Shown: positions 1 through 12,653 of the stretch, piece by piece | Layout: each line of letters begins with the position of its first letter | How positions within the stretch are numbered: position 1 is the stretch's first letter | NCBI RefSeq assembly: GCF_006345805.1 | Contig: NC_043002.1 | Span: forward strand, 41,726,001-41,790,000 | DNA length: 64,000 bases | Source: Octopus sinensis | Taxonomy: Eukaryota | Direction: 5' to 3' | Made by a program: the position numbers and the translations under genes | The notes under the pieces: generated by a model | What the model was told of the DNA's origin: nothing | What the model saw: the letters and a program-made list of their open reading frames with translations, nothing else | Databases searched by the model: none

Positions 1-299
1 GTGGTCTGAAGTCTTTTTGGGAGGTTTTGCTCTGTTTTATTTCGTTTTGTCATATTTCTTTTTTTTTTTTTTTTCAAGAGAAAGACAGAATGAAGCCAGC
101 CAATGTCCATTGTTGACAATAGTTCTTTTCCCAAATCAACTATTTACGGTGAAACAAAATAAAGCTAGCATTTAACAAACAAACCTTCAGTTCGTTATAA
201 AAACGTTTGTCAATTAATTTCGTCAGCAGAGTTCGGTTCAGAGTTCTTGATTGACTTGCCACCGTTTTACACAATGCAAGAAAAAACTCGAAACTTCAT

Positions 300-1720
300 T
301 CTTTTCACGTATTCCTCTCTATCATCTCTTCCTCACTCTCTCTCTCGGTCACCTGTCTCTCTCCCTTCCTTTATCTTCTCTCTTTCTATCACCCCTTTCC
401 CTTGCTCTATCATCCTTCTTCCGTTCCCTCTATTATCTCTTACCCTTTCTCTATCATCTCTCTTTCTTCCCTCTTACTCTTTCCACTTCTAACCCGCCCC
501 CTCTTTCCCCCTCCCTCTTACTCTTTCCACTTCTAGCCCACCCCCTCTTTCCCTCTCCCTCTGACTCTCCTTCATCTCTCTCCTTCTCTACCTCCTCTCT
601 TTCTCATTCTGCCATTTTTTCTTTTTATCTCACATACCTTTACGATTATACCTGTTTCTCTTTATTCCTCCTCCTCTCAAGTCTTCACTATATCTTTTAT
701 ATTCTTCCTTAGTCTCTTTCCGCTTACTAACTTTCCTATATTATATCTCTCTCTCTGCTTCTCTCTCAAATTCACTTCTTGAATATTTACATATTAATTT
801 CTAGTAGCTCTTAATAATACTCTCTCTCTCTCTTCCTTACATTTTTATATTTTCTCTTTCTCACACACACGGCCTCATCTCTCTACTTCTCTTTCACTTT
901 CTTGTGTATCCCTATTTCTTATTTCTCTTCTACACATTCTCCTCCTCTCATTAACCCTCCTATTTTATTTCTCTCTTTCTCTCGTATTTAGCTCTTATTC
1001 CTTAATTCTACTGACACCCTTTTTATTCTCCCCAATTTTTTTTTTTTTACCTTTATTCCTTATACTTTTAAACATCATCCTTTATCACTTACAGGATCTC
1101 TTATTTCTTCCTCTCTCTCTCTCAAGACTCTCTTATCTCTTCTAACTTTTACATATTCCTCTTTCTTTTACTAGCTCTTATTTCTTTCACTTTCTCTCCA
1201 CATTCCACTCACTTTCTTATTTTGTCTTTCTCAACTAAGTTTCCCCTTTATGATGTCCCCACTCTTGTATACCCCTATGGCTAATAAAAGAAATCATCAT
1301 CATCATAGTTTTCTGGGTTTTTTTTAACTCTTTCACTGTTTTTTCTCCTCTTTCTAATGGTCCCTCTGTTTCTTTCATTCTGTCTTACATAACTTCCTTT
1401 CTCTTTCTCCAATTTCCTGCTTTGTTCTCTTTCTTCTCCGTCCTTTTCTTTTTTTGTTCCCATGCTCTCTACGTCTCTCTCCATTCTCTGCCTACTTTTA
1501 CTCTTTACTTTCTCTCTTTCACCACTCTCTCTCTCTCTCTTGTCTTTTTACACTTCTTTCTTCTCTTTATTTTTCTTCTCTTGCTTTTCATCTCATTTCC
1601 GTTACTGTTGATTTCCTTGTTTCTATCAACGATAGGCCTCTATGTCTTTCTTCCTTACTCTGTCGCTTCTTTTCTATCGAGAAAGAGAGATAGATACTCG
1701 TTTGATGATTCAAGCAGGAA
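300..1720. repeat. Polypyrimidine (CT-rich) low-complexity tract, about 1.4 kb
   Basis: Plus strand is almost entirely C/T with degenerate (CT)n and (CTT)n; the S/L/F-rich ORFs here are artefacts. Confidence 0.9.
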
Positions 1721-1768
1721 AAAAGAACTCAAAACATGAATATATATGTATTTTTTCATTAATAACTG

Positions 1769-2095
1769 GCAGAAGTTGCTGAGTGTCTCAAAGGCCGAGA
1801 GTTTCATGTGTTGGCACTTACCAAACTGGTTTCAAATCAAGGCAGCATACCAGCAATATTCCAGTGATAATGGAATTTCCCAGGATTGTTTTGGAGTAAA
1901 TAAATGAATAAATAAGGATTCTTTATTTATTATTTATTTATTTATTTATTTATTGAATGAAGTAAACCTTTTGGAAAATAGGCATTATCATGTGACGTAA
2001 TTGTTTTTATAATTTGTTCCAGAACAATCCAGAGTAATTCTTGATTTGAAACCAGTTTGATACCCTCAGTCTTTGAGTTACTCTGTAACTTCTGC
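1769..2095. mobile_element. Foldback MITE-like element
   Basis: Three nested inverted-repeat pairs: GCAGAAGTTG..CTCAAAGG (1769) vs CTTTGAG..AACTTCTGC (to 2095); perfect 20-bp CAAACTGGTTTCAAATCAAG 1822-1841 vs 2040-2059; GGATTGTTTTGGA vs TCCAGAACAATCC. Confidence 0.8.
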
Positions 2096-2097
2096 TG

Positions 2098-2129
<32 letters not shown>

Positions 2130-2130
<1 letters not shown>

Positions 2131-2480
2131 CCTTACTACTAAAGGTACAAGGCCTGGAATTTGTGGGGAGGGGACTAGTCGATTATATCAACCCCAGTAT
2201 TTCATTGGTGCTTAATCTATTGACTCCAAAAGGATGAAAGGCAAAGTCAACCTCTGCAGAATTTATACTCATAATAATAATAATAATAATAATTATCCTT
2301 TCTACTATCGGACAAGGCCTGGATTTTGTGGGGAGGGGGACAGTCGATCACATTGTCTCCATCCAGTACTCAACTGGTACTTGATTTATCAATCCAAAAA
2401 GTGTAAAAGGCAAAGTCGACCTTGGCAGAATTTGAACTCAGAACATAGTGGCAGACAAAATACCACTAAACATTATGCCC
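2130..2480 (-). mobile_element. Two degenerate tRNA-derived SINE copies (Meta-domain-like) with (AAT)n tails
   Basis: Reverse complement of GACTTTGCCTTTCATCCTTT..GTCGATAAATTAAGTACCAG core, twice, next to (AAT)n at 2099-2129 and 2271-2292. Confidence 0.75.
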
Positions 2481-3047
2481 AGAGAGAGAGAGAGAGTCCT
2501 TTGTCATCATTCTATTGGTTTCTTTATTATTTTCTATCTCTTTCTCTTTGTTTCTGCTATCTTTTATTGATATTGGTCTTAAATTGTCATCATGGTTTTT
2601 TTAGTTTTATATTTTCTGAATTTGATTGTTTTTTTTTGTAAACATTTACCTTTTTAGGAGTACATGCATTTGTATATGAATGTGCAAGTGTATATTAGTG
2701 TGTGCACATGAGTTTGTGTGAAATTTATTTAAATACAATTGGAGCTGAATTCATTTTTAAATTAAAAATATAACAGATTTAATAAGCGAAATCTTTCCAA
2801 ATAAGAAAGTAAAGAAAGAAGATGATAATTTTTTAGAATCAACAAGCGGCAAAATAATATAGTAACCAAAACAATGAAAGTTTTTACTGATTGTCTTCGA
2901 TTTTATTGCCATAAAGTTACATCGATATTCTTTAACCTGAAACAGATGTCATCCTTTTCATGGTTTTTTATTTATTAAATGGAGATGACTAACTCTTGTT
3001 TTAACCCTCTCTTCACTACAGTTATACTGAGGTTCAGCATATTTATA

Positions 3048-3757
3048 TTAAGCCTTTAGCATTCAGATTATTCTGTCAAATGAAATGCTTTCCCCAAAAT
3101 TTAACGGTCAAAATCCCTAGTGCGTACTATATACGAGGTTAAAAATGAAAATTATTTTCTAAGCAACGTCCAAGTCTATATTTACTGTCCAGCAATGTTT
3201 ATTCCGACGCACTTTGTGATGTAGGGCATGAAAATATCTTAAGCTAAGCCCGAAAGCAATGAAGTCATAAAAGGATCATCCATAATTTGCTGTAAGCAAC
3301 ATTTATTAAATGTTATTACTGTTATTTCTTTATTTTCTGCAAACAAAATGCACAAAAAAGCTTCACATTTGCATTATGTTATATATACAATAATAATAAA
3401 GGACGTTACCGTATACAGTTTTACAAACCAAGGACGTTATATAGACCTCCTTGACTCAAGTTAGAGGAGGGGTGCGTATTATACACAAAGTTTAGGTTTT
3501 CAGAAGTACAGCCCCCTAAAAATCCCCTGCATATTATACTCAATGGCAGACTATACTCGAGGATTTACGGTATATATTCACATTGTTTTGAATTGATCAT
3601 GTACTATCTCATAGCTTTGAGATTTTGATGATGTGATTGTTTATTTTTAAATTGACATTGTAGAGTAAGTATGAGAGGCTAGATCTGGCTGAATTCAAGA
3701 TAAAAACAGGTGAAATATTTTGGCTGGATATGGCTGGTTTAAACGCTAAAAGGTTAA
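3048..3757. mobile_element. piggyBac-like MITE (family 1) interrupted by a Tigger/pogo-like MITE remnant (about 3085-3572)
   Basis: Ends resemble TTAA-CCCTTTAGCATT / AATGCTAAAGGG-TTAA seen at other copies; inner element ends TATACTCGAGGATTTACGGTA. Confidence 0.6.
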
Positions 3758-4203
3758 ACTTATTGATGAGTGCTGATATGACTAGCTTGCTTTGCAACCC
3801 AAGCACATAAACCTAACTTTAATCTGACTATGTGGTACCTTCGATAGTGTCTTCTGCTATTCTAGCTTCTAGCCTAGACATACTTGCATACATTTATACA
3901 TGTGTATTTATATGAAGTCTCTCAGGCAGTCCGGTGCCGTCTTTGATACCCTTCCAACAACTCCAGGATAGGTGGATCTCTCCAGGCACTCTAATGTAAA
4001 ACCTACAACTTGTTGGTCACTGGAGCTGTCTTAGCCTGTTGAGCTGCTGTGGGGTCAGATCACATGCAGTGACTCTCACTTTAGAACTACTATGTGAAGG
4101 CAGGAAGAAAAGCACACCACAGCATCAAGAAGCAATTTACATAGCCACTTGAGGTTGTGCCACTTTTCCTCATGATCTTCAGGTATGAAGAAACTACCTG
4201 TCA

Positions 4204-4242
<39 letters not shown>

Positions 4243-5874
4243 GAATGTTGAACTAAACAAGAGAACCTCTATACAAGGGGTGTGTCACACACATACTCAT
4301 GGGCCATGTGTTAGACACTCTTGACACTGAGTTTCTCTCATTGATCTGTGGACCAGCAGGTTAACAACAATGCTATAGTACTGAATAAAATACTTTGGGG
4401 TATTCATTTTCAATTGTCTATGCTTTGAGTTCAAATCCTGTTGAGCTGACTTCTATTTTCATTGTCCATCAGAGGTGAATAAAGTAAGAACTAACTGGTT
4501 AATTAGTCTGTGGTTGGTTCTGCCTACTATATTTCCTCCATCTTTGCAACTTATTCAAAAATGTTATTTTGAAACAGTGTGGTCTCTTGATTTATTAGGA
4601 ATACTGCTAAATCTCCCTCAAATCATATTCTGTTGTCTTACTAAAGGAAAAGATCTATTGAACAGTCTTAATCTAAAAAGACCAATTGGCTAGGCTTGAA
4701 CACCTTTGAACATCTATCTGTTTGGCAGATCTGTTTTGGGGTTCAACAATAATAACTACAAAGCAGGATGCATTGAATAATGTAGTCCTAAATGCTCTGT
4801 CTGGATAAAATTAAGTGATAGAACATGGTTGATCATAATTCTACTCCATGAGATCTGTCTGTAAGTTAAACAACAATTACAAAATTTGACATGCTATATA
4901 ATATGTTCCGAGATGCATTGTCCAGATAAAAACATGGTAGTCTTTCACTGGAACATGACTGATCGTAGATCTGTCTTAGAGCTTAACAACTTCATAAGTA
5001 TTTAAATAATCTCAAACTAGGAAATGTCAGAAACAATGGATTATCTGTTCTAAACACCTTACTGCATTAAGTTTGCTTCTCCTTCCTTTTCCTCTAGGTT
5101 CAGGGTTCAAATCCCATCAGAAATGAGCTTTTTTGTTGTTTAGTCCAAATCAAACCTGACTGAAAAGACTTATCATCAAAGGTGTTCCAGCCATGACCAT
5201 TGCAACTTACATTGCATTCAAGCAGAATGTATGTAAGACCACCACAGTCTAGTGTATCCTTTCCTTCTGAAAATGGAATATAGAGTGTGGTTTGAGGAAT
5301 ATAGCTGCTCTTTGTAGCAGGTCAAGCAACTGCATATATGCTCTCTTGTTGGCTTGAGTTAGCTTTGTGCTTCATCCTTTTGCGCTGGTAATAGAAAAAG
5401 CACCAGTTATTTCAAGGGTATCATTGAACCAATAGATATATATTTTTTGGATGCTCTATTATATATTTTGCATGGTGTGTGTGTGTGTGTGTGTCCCTCT
5501 CTCTCTCACTCACACACACACACACATAGAACACACATACTTATATACATAGTATATAAGTATAACACTAGTGTGAGTATTTAGGTTCTACTTACATTTC
5601 ACCATTGCAGTTATTTAGAACTCAGCATTGGATGTTCTAAATGCAGTTAGATGCTTAACCTCAATGGATCATCAAGAAAACACTTATTATGTTACAGAAA
5701 TCTAATATCTAATGATAATCTACAAGGAGCTCTAACTCATACAACAGTAGCCATACATCTTATTGTACACATAAGATAGAGATAGATAGGCAGGCAGACA
5801 GCTAGATAGTGTTATATATATATATATATATTATATATATATATATATATATATGTGATTGTTACTAGCATTGC

Positions 5875-6150
5875 CCTACTGGTGCTTGTGCCGGTGTGCA
5901 GGTGACACGTAAAAAAAAAAAACACAATTTTTCCGTGGCTGTTGCCAGTACTGCCTGACTGGCCCTCATGCTGGTGGCACGTAAAAGCACCCACTACACT
6001 CTCGGAATGGCTGGCGTTAGGAAGGGCATCAAGCTGTAGAAACTCTGCCAGACCTACATTGGAGCCTGGTTCGCCAGTCCTCAGTCAAATCGTCCAACCC
6101 ATGCTAGCATGGAAAGCGGGTGTTAAACGATGATGATGATGATGATGATA
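5875..6150 (+). mobile_element. Short copy of the RTE LINE 3' end with (GAT)n tail
   Basis: GGTGGCACGTAAAAGCACCCACTACACTC..GGAAGGGCATC..CCATGCTAGCATGG..GTTAAACGATGATGAT matches the 3' end of the LINE at 32466-32720. Confidence 0.85.
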
Positions 6151-6612
6151 TATATGTATGTATGTATAGATAGTCGCACATACACACACACAGTGAGCTT
6201 TGTAAAGCTTCTGTAAACCAAATTCATTCAGATCAATGCAGGGTTACAGCAGGAAACATTTGCCCAAAGTGCTGTGAAATGGAACTGAACTCAAAACAAA
6301 ACGATTTTTGACACAAACTTCTTATCCACACAGCCATGCCTGCTCCTATATTTATCTGTGAAAAATGAGTCAGCATTACTGATCTAGTGACAGGAATCGT
6401 TTTGCTATTGATTTATCTGTTGCTATAAAACCAATATCCGACCCTTGCAAGAACAAAAGATGTGCAATAGAAAATGTTGCGCAGCAGTAAAACTTGGAAT
6501 TTGTCATAAGAGAGAAACATACACCTGACTTAATTTTATTTAATATTATAGTTGTTGTTGTTGTGGTTGATGTTATTTATTGATTTCAAGTACATGTGCA
6601 CAAGATATCCTT

Positions 6613-6650
<38 letters not shown>

Positions 6651-7252
6651 TGTTTTGTGAAAGTATTTTTAAAGAGAATTTTTAAAATATCATGTAATGT
6701 TACTCGAAAGTCAGTTTTATTTTCTATTCAAAACTACTTTTATAAAAGAAAAACAGATCGTGTGTACATGTGTCTGCATATGCACACATGTGCATACAAA
6801 TATTGGCAATTCTATTTGTGTGTGTGGCTTAAAAAAATTTTTTTTGTAGTTTTTTAACAGCTAACCTTTCTAATTACTTCTTAGGTGACAAGAAAACTGT
6901 TATGTAGTGTACTTGGTCTGCTTGAAATGGCAGGCAGGCCTTCCATCAAACCACATGTTTTACCATCTTTGACAAGTAAATGACATATTGGATTATAAAG
7001 TCTTGCATCTCTCCTTCCACTCGCCAACAAAAAAAAAGAAAAGACTAATATAGGGTAGTCATGACTGGAATACTTTTAATCATAGATATTCTCAATCAGG
7101 GCTGACTTGAGCTAAGCACCAACAATAACTGAATTACTTAAAAATTTCCTCATTACTAATATTCTTTAACAATATAGACTCGGGTTTGGCTGTGAAATTT
7201 GTTTCCTAACCATATCAAGAAGACCTGCCCACCACAGCAAAATTGAGATCCA

Positions 7253-7615
7253 AGGTGCCACATAAATAACATTAGTGTGGGTGCTAGTGCCACATAAACA
7301 ACACTGGTGTTGGTGCCACATAAAAAGTGCTGGTGCCAATGTCACATAAAAAGCACTGGTGATGGTTCCACTTAAAAAACACTGATGCTGGTGCCACATA
7401 AAAAGCACTGGTGCCAATGCCACATAAAAAGCACTGGTAATGGTTCCACATAAAAAGCACTGATGCTGGTGCCACATAAAAAGCACCGCTGCTAATGTTA
7501 CATAAAAAGCCCTGGTGCTGGTGCCTCATAAAAAGTACTGGTGCTGGTGTCACATAAAAGGTGCTGGTGCCACACAATAAGCTCTGGTGCTGGTGCCACA
7601 TAAAAAGCACCCCAG
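7253..7615 (+). repeat. 26-bp minisatellite, about 14 copies, at the front of an RTE 3'-end copy (continues to about 7770)
   Basis: Unit CACATAAAAAGCACTGGTGCTGGTGC repeats at about 26-bp spacing, then runs into the LINE-tail sequence and (GAT)n. Confidence 0.9.
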
Positions 7616-8896
7616 TACACTGTAAAGTGTTTGGCATTAGAAAGGACATCCAGCTGTAGAGTCCAGGCCAAAACAGACTATGGAACCTGATATGGCCCAT
7701 GGCCTTCCCAGTCCCTGTCAAGCCATCCAATCCATGCCGACATGAAAAACGAACATTAAACGATGATGATGGCTGTAGCAATGGTTTCAAGTTCATGAAA
7801 GTGTCCTTCTACAAAAACTCCAGGCTGACCAAAGCCTTATGAGTGGATCTGGTAGAAAAAAACTGAAAGAAGCCCATTCTATATGTGTGTGTGTGAGTCT
7901 CCTTGTTTTGGCATCATGTGATAGCAGAGAGGGTCATACAAGTAAATATCCTTCATTCTCAAGGCTCTGTGAAAACATACCTGGCCATGGGGGAAATATT
8001 CTTTTCTACTCTAGGCACAAGACTCGAAATTTTGGGGGCAGGGGTCAGTCAATTAGATCGACCCCAGTACACAACTGGTACTTAATTTATCGACCCCAAA
8101 AGGATGAAAAGCAAAGTTGACCTCGGCAGAATTTGAACTCAAAACGTAAGGACAGACAAAATACTGCTAAGCATTTCACCCAGCATGCTAATGTTTCTGC
8201 CAGCTCGCTGCCTTCCATGGGGGAAATATTACTTGGAAACAGGTGAGGTTTGGTGACAGGAAAGACATTTGACTGTAGAAAATCTGCCTCAATAAACTCT
8301 GTCTGACCCATGCTAGCATGGAAAAATGTACATTAAAATTATGATAATGAAACAAAGCTGATATATCTGGAGATTTTTCAAAAATTCAACTCTTCTCTTG
8401 GTAAATTCATTCTTCCTTGCTGGTACCTCTAGTTTAACTTTTTGGAGAATGCTTAAGCAAAGTTAAATACCCAAACATTCCTAATTTTTATACAAAAATG
8501 ATCTTATCAGCTCTTTTGCAGTATTGTATTTTTCTGATATACAAATCATCATTATATTGTGTAAACAGTAAAATATTATCACTGTCCTGCAGGAATGTCT
8601 GATCTTCCAAAGTAATTTTGATGTATAAGTCAGGTTGTAAATGTTGGTCTGAAGAATTTGACTTATATGCCAAAAAATTCGGTATTTAACTATGGTGCTT
8701 TACATTGTGAGTTCAAATCCTACTAGGACAGATGTTACCTTCCATACAACAAGGATTGAGAAAATAAAGTACCGGTCAAGTATTGAGATCAATTTAAATC
8801 CACTTTACACCCCTGCCCAGAATTTTTTTCTTTCTATCTTGTCATCAAGAAGAAAGGTAGTTTTCATGACCCTCTATAAAGGGTAAAGGATAAAGA

Positions 8897-9187
8897 CCCC
8901 CATTGGTCATGAATGACCATGGGATTGCACCTAGAAAGTTACCCTCCTGGGCATAAGTCCAGGCAAGGTTGTTTATGGAAAACCAGCAGCCGTCCATGCA
9001 TATCAGCTTCCCCTCTCCATGCCACCAATTTTATCCAAGGGAAAGGCACAGCTTGACACCAGTGACATTGCAACTCATTTCTACAGCTGAGTGAACTGGA
9101 ACAACATGAAATAAAGTGTCTTGCTCAAGAACACAACACATGGCCCAGTCTGGGAATTGAACCTCTAATTACTGAGCCATGTACCTT
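8897..9187 (-). mobile_element. tRNA-derived SINE, third family (..CTTTCTAGGTGCAATCCCATGGTCATTCATGACC tail)
   Basis: Same body and tail as 47921-48222 and 57432-57718. Confidence 0.8.
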
Positions 9188-9484
9188 CACTATAGGGCTT
9201 CAAAATCTGGTGAAAAAGAAGGAAATTATCTTCAAACTAGGAGCCTGGCTTGAATGCTTGCAACAGAATAAACCAGTTATGGTGTTGTGCCATCAAGATA
9301 CCAGTTATGGTATTGTGCCACCCAACAGCATAAATCTGCATCCAAGGCCTTGGTGGAATTTAATGATAGGCATGCTAAGAACTGGAACAAATACTGCAAG
9401 ATATTCAGCCTAAGGGTCTTATGGTTCCACAAATTTCTCCCACCTTTATTGGTATTTTTTTTATCAACTACTGATTATGAAGCC

Positions 9485-9665
9485 TGACTGTCCACAGGGC
9501 AACAACCTCCTTTGAAGACACCTGCAGGACAATCATTGCAGAGAAGACAAATAGGAGGGAAAGCAAGGACACTACAATCCACCTTGACCAGTGTACCTTC
9601 TCATGCAGCCTCTGTGGTCATACCAGTTTCTCATGAATTGAATCCAGTGGGCATCACCAAGCCGG
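9485..9665 (+). pseudogene. Relic C-terminus of an older RTE-clade LINE ORF
   Basis: Manual translation VHRATTSFEDTCRTIIAEKTNRRESK..FSCSLCGHTSFS* resembles the RTE terminal FE..EKR.RRK..CxxC zinc-finger motif. Confidence 0.55.
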
Positions 9666-9832
9666 TATATATATATATGTCTGTGTATATATTTCTATTT
9701 CTATAGAAAGATTGATATCAAATTAAATACACCACCGAAAAAGCTACTAATAGTTTCATACCATTATGTGTGTGTGTGTGTATGTACATACCTGCAGTTG
9801 TTTATACTTGCATAGATACAGTCATACACATG

Positions 9833-9866
<34 letters not shown>

Positions 9867-10974
9867 CATTTGTATGTATCAGTTTTTACAAACATTTGTA
9901 TGTGTGTGTGTGTGTGTGAAATGAATTGAATACTGTAGATTATTTGCGTTAGATGTAGAAATACCTAGAACGTTCTCCAAATCCAGCATATCTCCAATAA
10001 TGAAACATGTGATCTGAGTCAGTAGAAACTGACTGAGGAGAACAGAATTTAAATACCGTTACATGCTTACATGCTGCAAAGCAAAAGATTGTGAACTTGA
10101 TGCTCGCGTAGCGAATGTTCTGCTCACTCTAGTCAAATTAATCAACTTCTTTCTCTCATCCATGCTCTAAGTCTTGTCAGATTTTTAATTCTAGCTATGC
10201 AGATGTGTGTCTTTTTCACTAAATTTCTTTCCTTGTTTCTTACTTTCTTTCTAAACATCTCTTTTTTTTTTCTTTTTAGTTAGCTCTTTCTTATCTCTTT
10301 TGTTCCCTCTTTCTTGGTTCCATTTGATCTAATTCTCTCTTTATTGCAGCAAATCTCTCTTATCTATATAGCTTCTTATTTTATTCAATTCATCTGTAAT
10401 TCTTTTATTAAACTCTTTCTTTCTTACTTTGTTTCATTTCTTTCCTTTTTTTATTTATATAGTTTAATATTTTTATTCGGTAATTGTTGCTATATGTACA
10501 AATCAACTCTTGCTTATTCCTTAATGATTTAGGTTCCATCCATGATTGATCTTAGGAATGACTCAAGTCAGATTCTGCATTCTTTAGATTAACCTCTGTC
10601 AAATCAAGGAACCAAAGATAACATTTCGCATGAAATGGTTCTGCTTATCATTGGAACTATCACAAGCAGACCATCACTGACAGAAAATATCAGTCACAAA
10701 CTAATCCTTTCGGAGTTAACTGATCCCTGACCTTGATTCTGAACCTAACCCTCAACAAGTTGAGGGCATTCGTAGGAGATTAGTTTTTAGAGACAAACAG
10801 TGACAGAATAAATGATTTAGCAAATCACATGACATGGTTCTGTGGTTAACAAGTTAGCTTTACAACTATGTAATTTGATTTTGTCCCTTTCTATGATATC
10901 TTTAGCAAATGTTTACTACCATAGTTTCTAGATTGCCAGTGCCTTGTGAGTAAAATTTGGTCGATGGAATTACA

Positions 10975-11025
<51 letters not shown>

Positions 11026-11392
11026 CATCATCATCATCATCATCATATTTCTACAGACAGAATTTGTTGAGGCAGATTTTTTATGGCCAGATGCCCTTCC
11101 TGTGACCAACCCATCAACTGTCTCCAAGCAAGCTAACATTTCCTCTAATCAAACATGTTTTTCACAGAACACCAGAAAGAATGGCTTTGCTTATATGACA
11201 GTGATGCTCATTTACAAACATCACACAATGTCTAGACAAGGGTACGCACATGCAAGTGCACAAACACCACACACACACGACAAACCTCTTTCAGTTACCA
11301 TCTACCAATTCAGTCACAAGGCTTTGGTCAGCTTGAGGCTGTAGTAAAAGACACTTGCCCAAGGTGCCACACAGTGGAGCTCAGCCCAAGAA

Positions 11393-11433
<41 letters not shown>

Positions 11434-11547
11434 TGTTGTATTTAGGAATGGTCATGTTGCCAGTTTAGCCAATAAAAACACATACACTATATATTTGGTG
11501 TTAATTTGCTTCAGCTTTATTTTTTACATTAATCTTAATCTTATTTC

Positions 11548-11592
11548 GGCCAGAGTTCTTTCGTCACACTTCTGTGACCTCATCAGTGGTCC
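11548..11592 (-). ncRNA. Minimal type-I hammerhead-ribozyme-like motif, probably in a Penelope-like element remnant (about 11440-11650)
   Basis: Minus strand GGACCA-CTGATGA-G-GTCAC-AGAAGT-GTGAC-GAAA-GAA-CTC-TGGCC: intact core, 5-bp stem II, CUC triad, stem I GG(A)CCA/TGGCC. Confidence 0.6.
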
Positions 11593-12260
11593 TTTGCTTT
11601 CTTCTTTGTTATTTGTGTCTCTCTCCTTACTAACGGTCAGCCATTTTGTTACCCATATATTTATATCTATATATATGGGTGAAAAACATAAAAATTAATG
11701 ATAAATTGCAAATGAATTAGTGCTGCAAGCAAAATTTCCATTTGGTATTTATTCTGTGTTATGTAAACACTGTCTTGTCACTCTAACCATTATAGATACA
11801 GCAAACTTCTTACCAGCTCATGGGGATCCTACAGTTTGCAAATGTATATGAAAGTAATGTCTAAAAAATAGAAGATAAACAACTTATTTAGGTAGGTAAC
11901 TGTAACCCTTTCCTGCCAATTCATAAAAAGGAACTAAGCCCTCATATTGCATACTAGGGTTAAAATTAGTCATATATTTAAAGTTGTGAAAGGACTTTCC
12001 AGAGCTTCTGATTAGCTGCAGTTGTTTAGCTCAAAGTAAATATTTTTTTTTTTAAATTTAGAGTATGTACAACTATATCATCCAATGTATCTTACATTTT
12101 TTTATTTTTCAATTATAGTATTTGGTTTGAGTTAAATTTTACTGTTATTTTCTTACCAGTTACGTGGCCACATGGAGGTTCCTTTTTGGTTTTGCTTTAA
12201 CCTATTTGTTACAATATTTCTGTTGAAGTACACTACTTCTATTTCAATTAAGTTTGATAA

Positions 12261-12653
12261 TACTCTTTTACTTGTTTCAGTTATTTGACTGTGGCCATAC
12301 TGGGGCACCGCCTTTTAGTCCAACAAATCGACCCCAGGACTTATTCTTTGTAAGCCTAGTACTTATTTTATCAGTCTCTTTTGCGAAACCGCTAAGTTAC
12401 GGGAACGTAAACACACCAGCATCGGTTGTCAAGCAATGTTAGGGGGACAAACACAGACACACAAACACACAAACACATACACATATATACAACAGGTTTC
12501 TTTCAGTTTCCGCCTACCAAATCCACCCACAAGGTTTTGGCCGGCCCGAAGCTATACTAGAAGACACTTTGCCTAAGGTGCCACGCAGTGGGACTGAACC
12601 CGGAACCATGTGGTTGGTAAGCAAGCTACTTACCAGACAGCCACTCCTACGCC
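12261..12653 (-). mobile_element. Full-length tRNA-derived SINE (octopus OR-type; head, central (TA)/(GT) microsatellite, tail)
   Basis: Reverse complement of the 17557-17952 copy. Confidence 0.9.

Noticed and set aside
7253-7615. CRISPR-like appearance here and at 32638-32946
   Set aside because: Eukaryotic context, no cas genes, contiguous units or spacers of irregular length that are internal duplicates
8488-8673. 61-aa minus-strand ORF (DQHLQPDLYIKITLEDQ..) after a possible acceptor
   Set aside because: No recognisable domain and no supporting exon; chance is plausible
10527-10805. Short plus-strand frames VPSMIDLRNDSSQILHSLD* and ..EGIRRRLVFRDKQ*
   Set aside because: Broken by stops; the motif resemblance is too short to support
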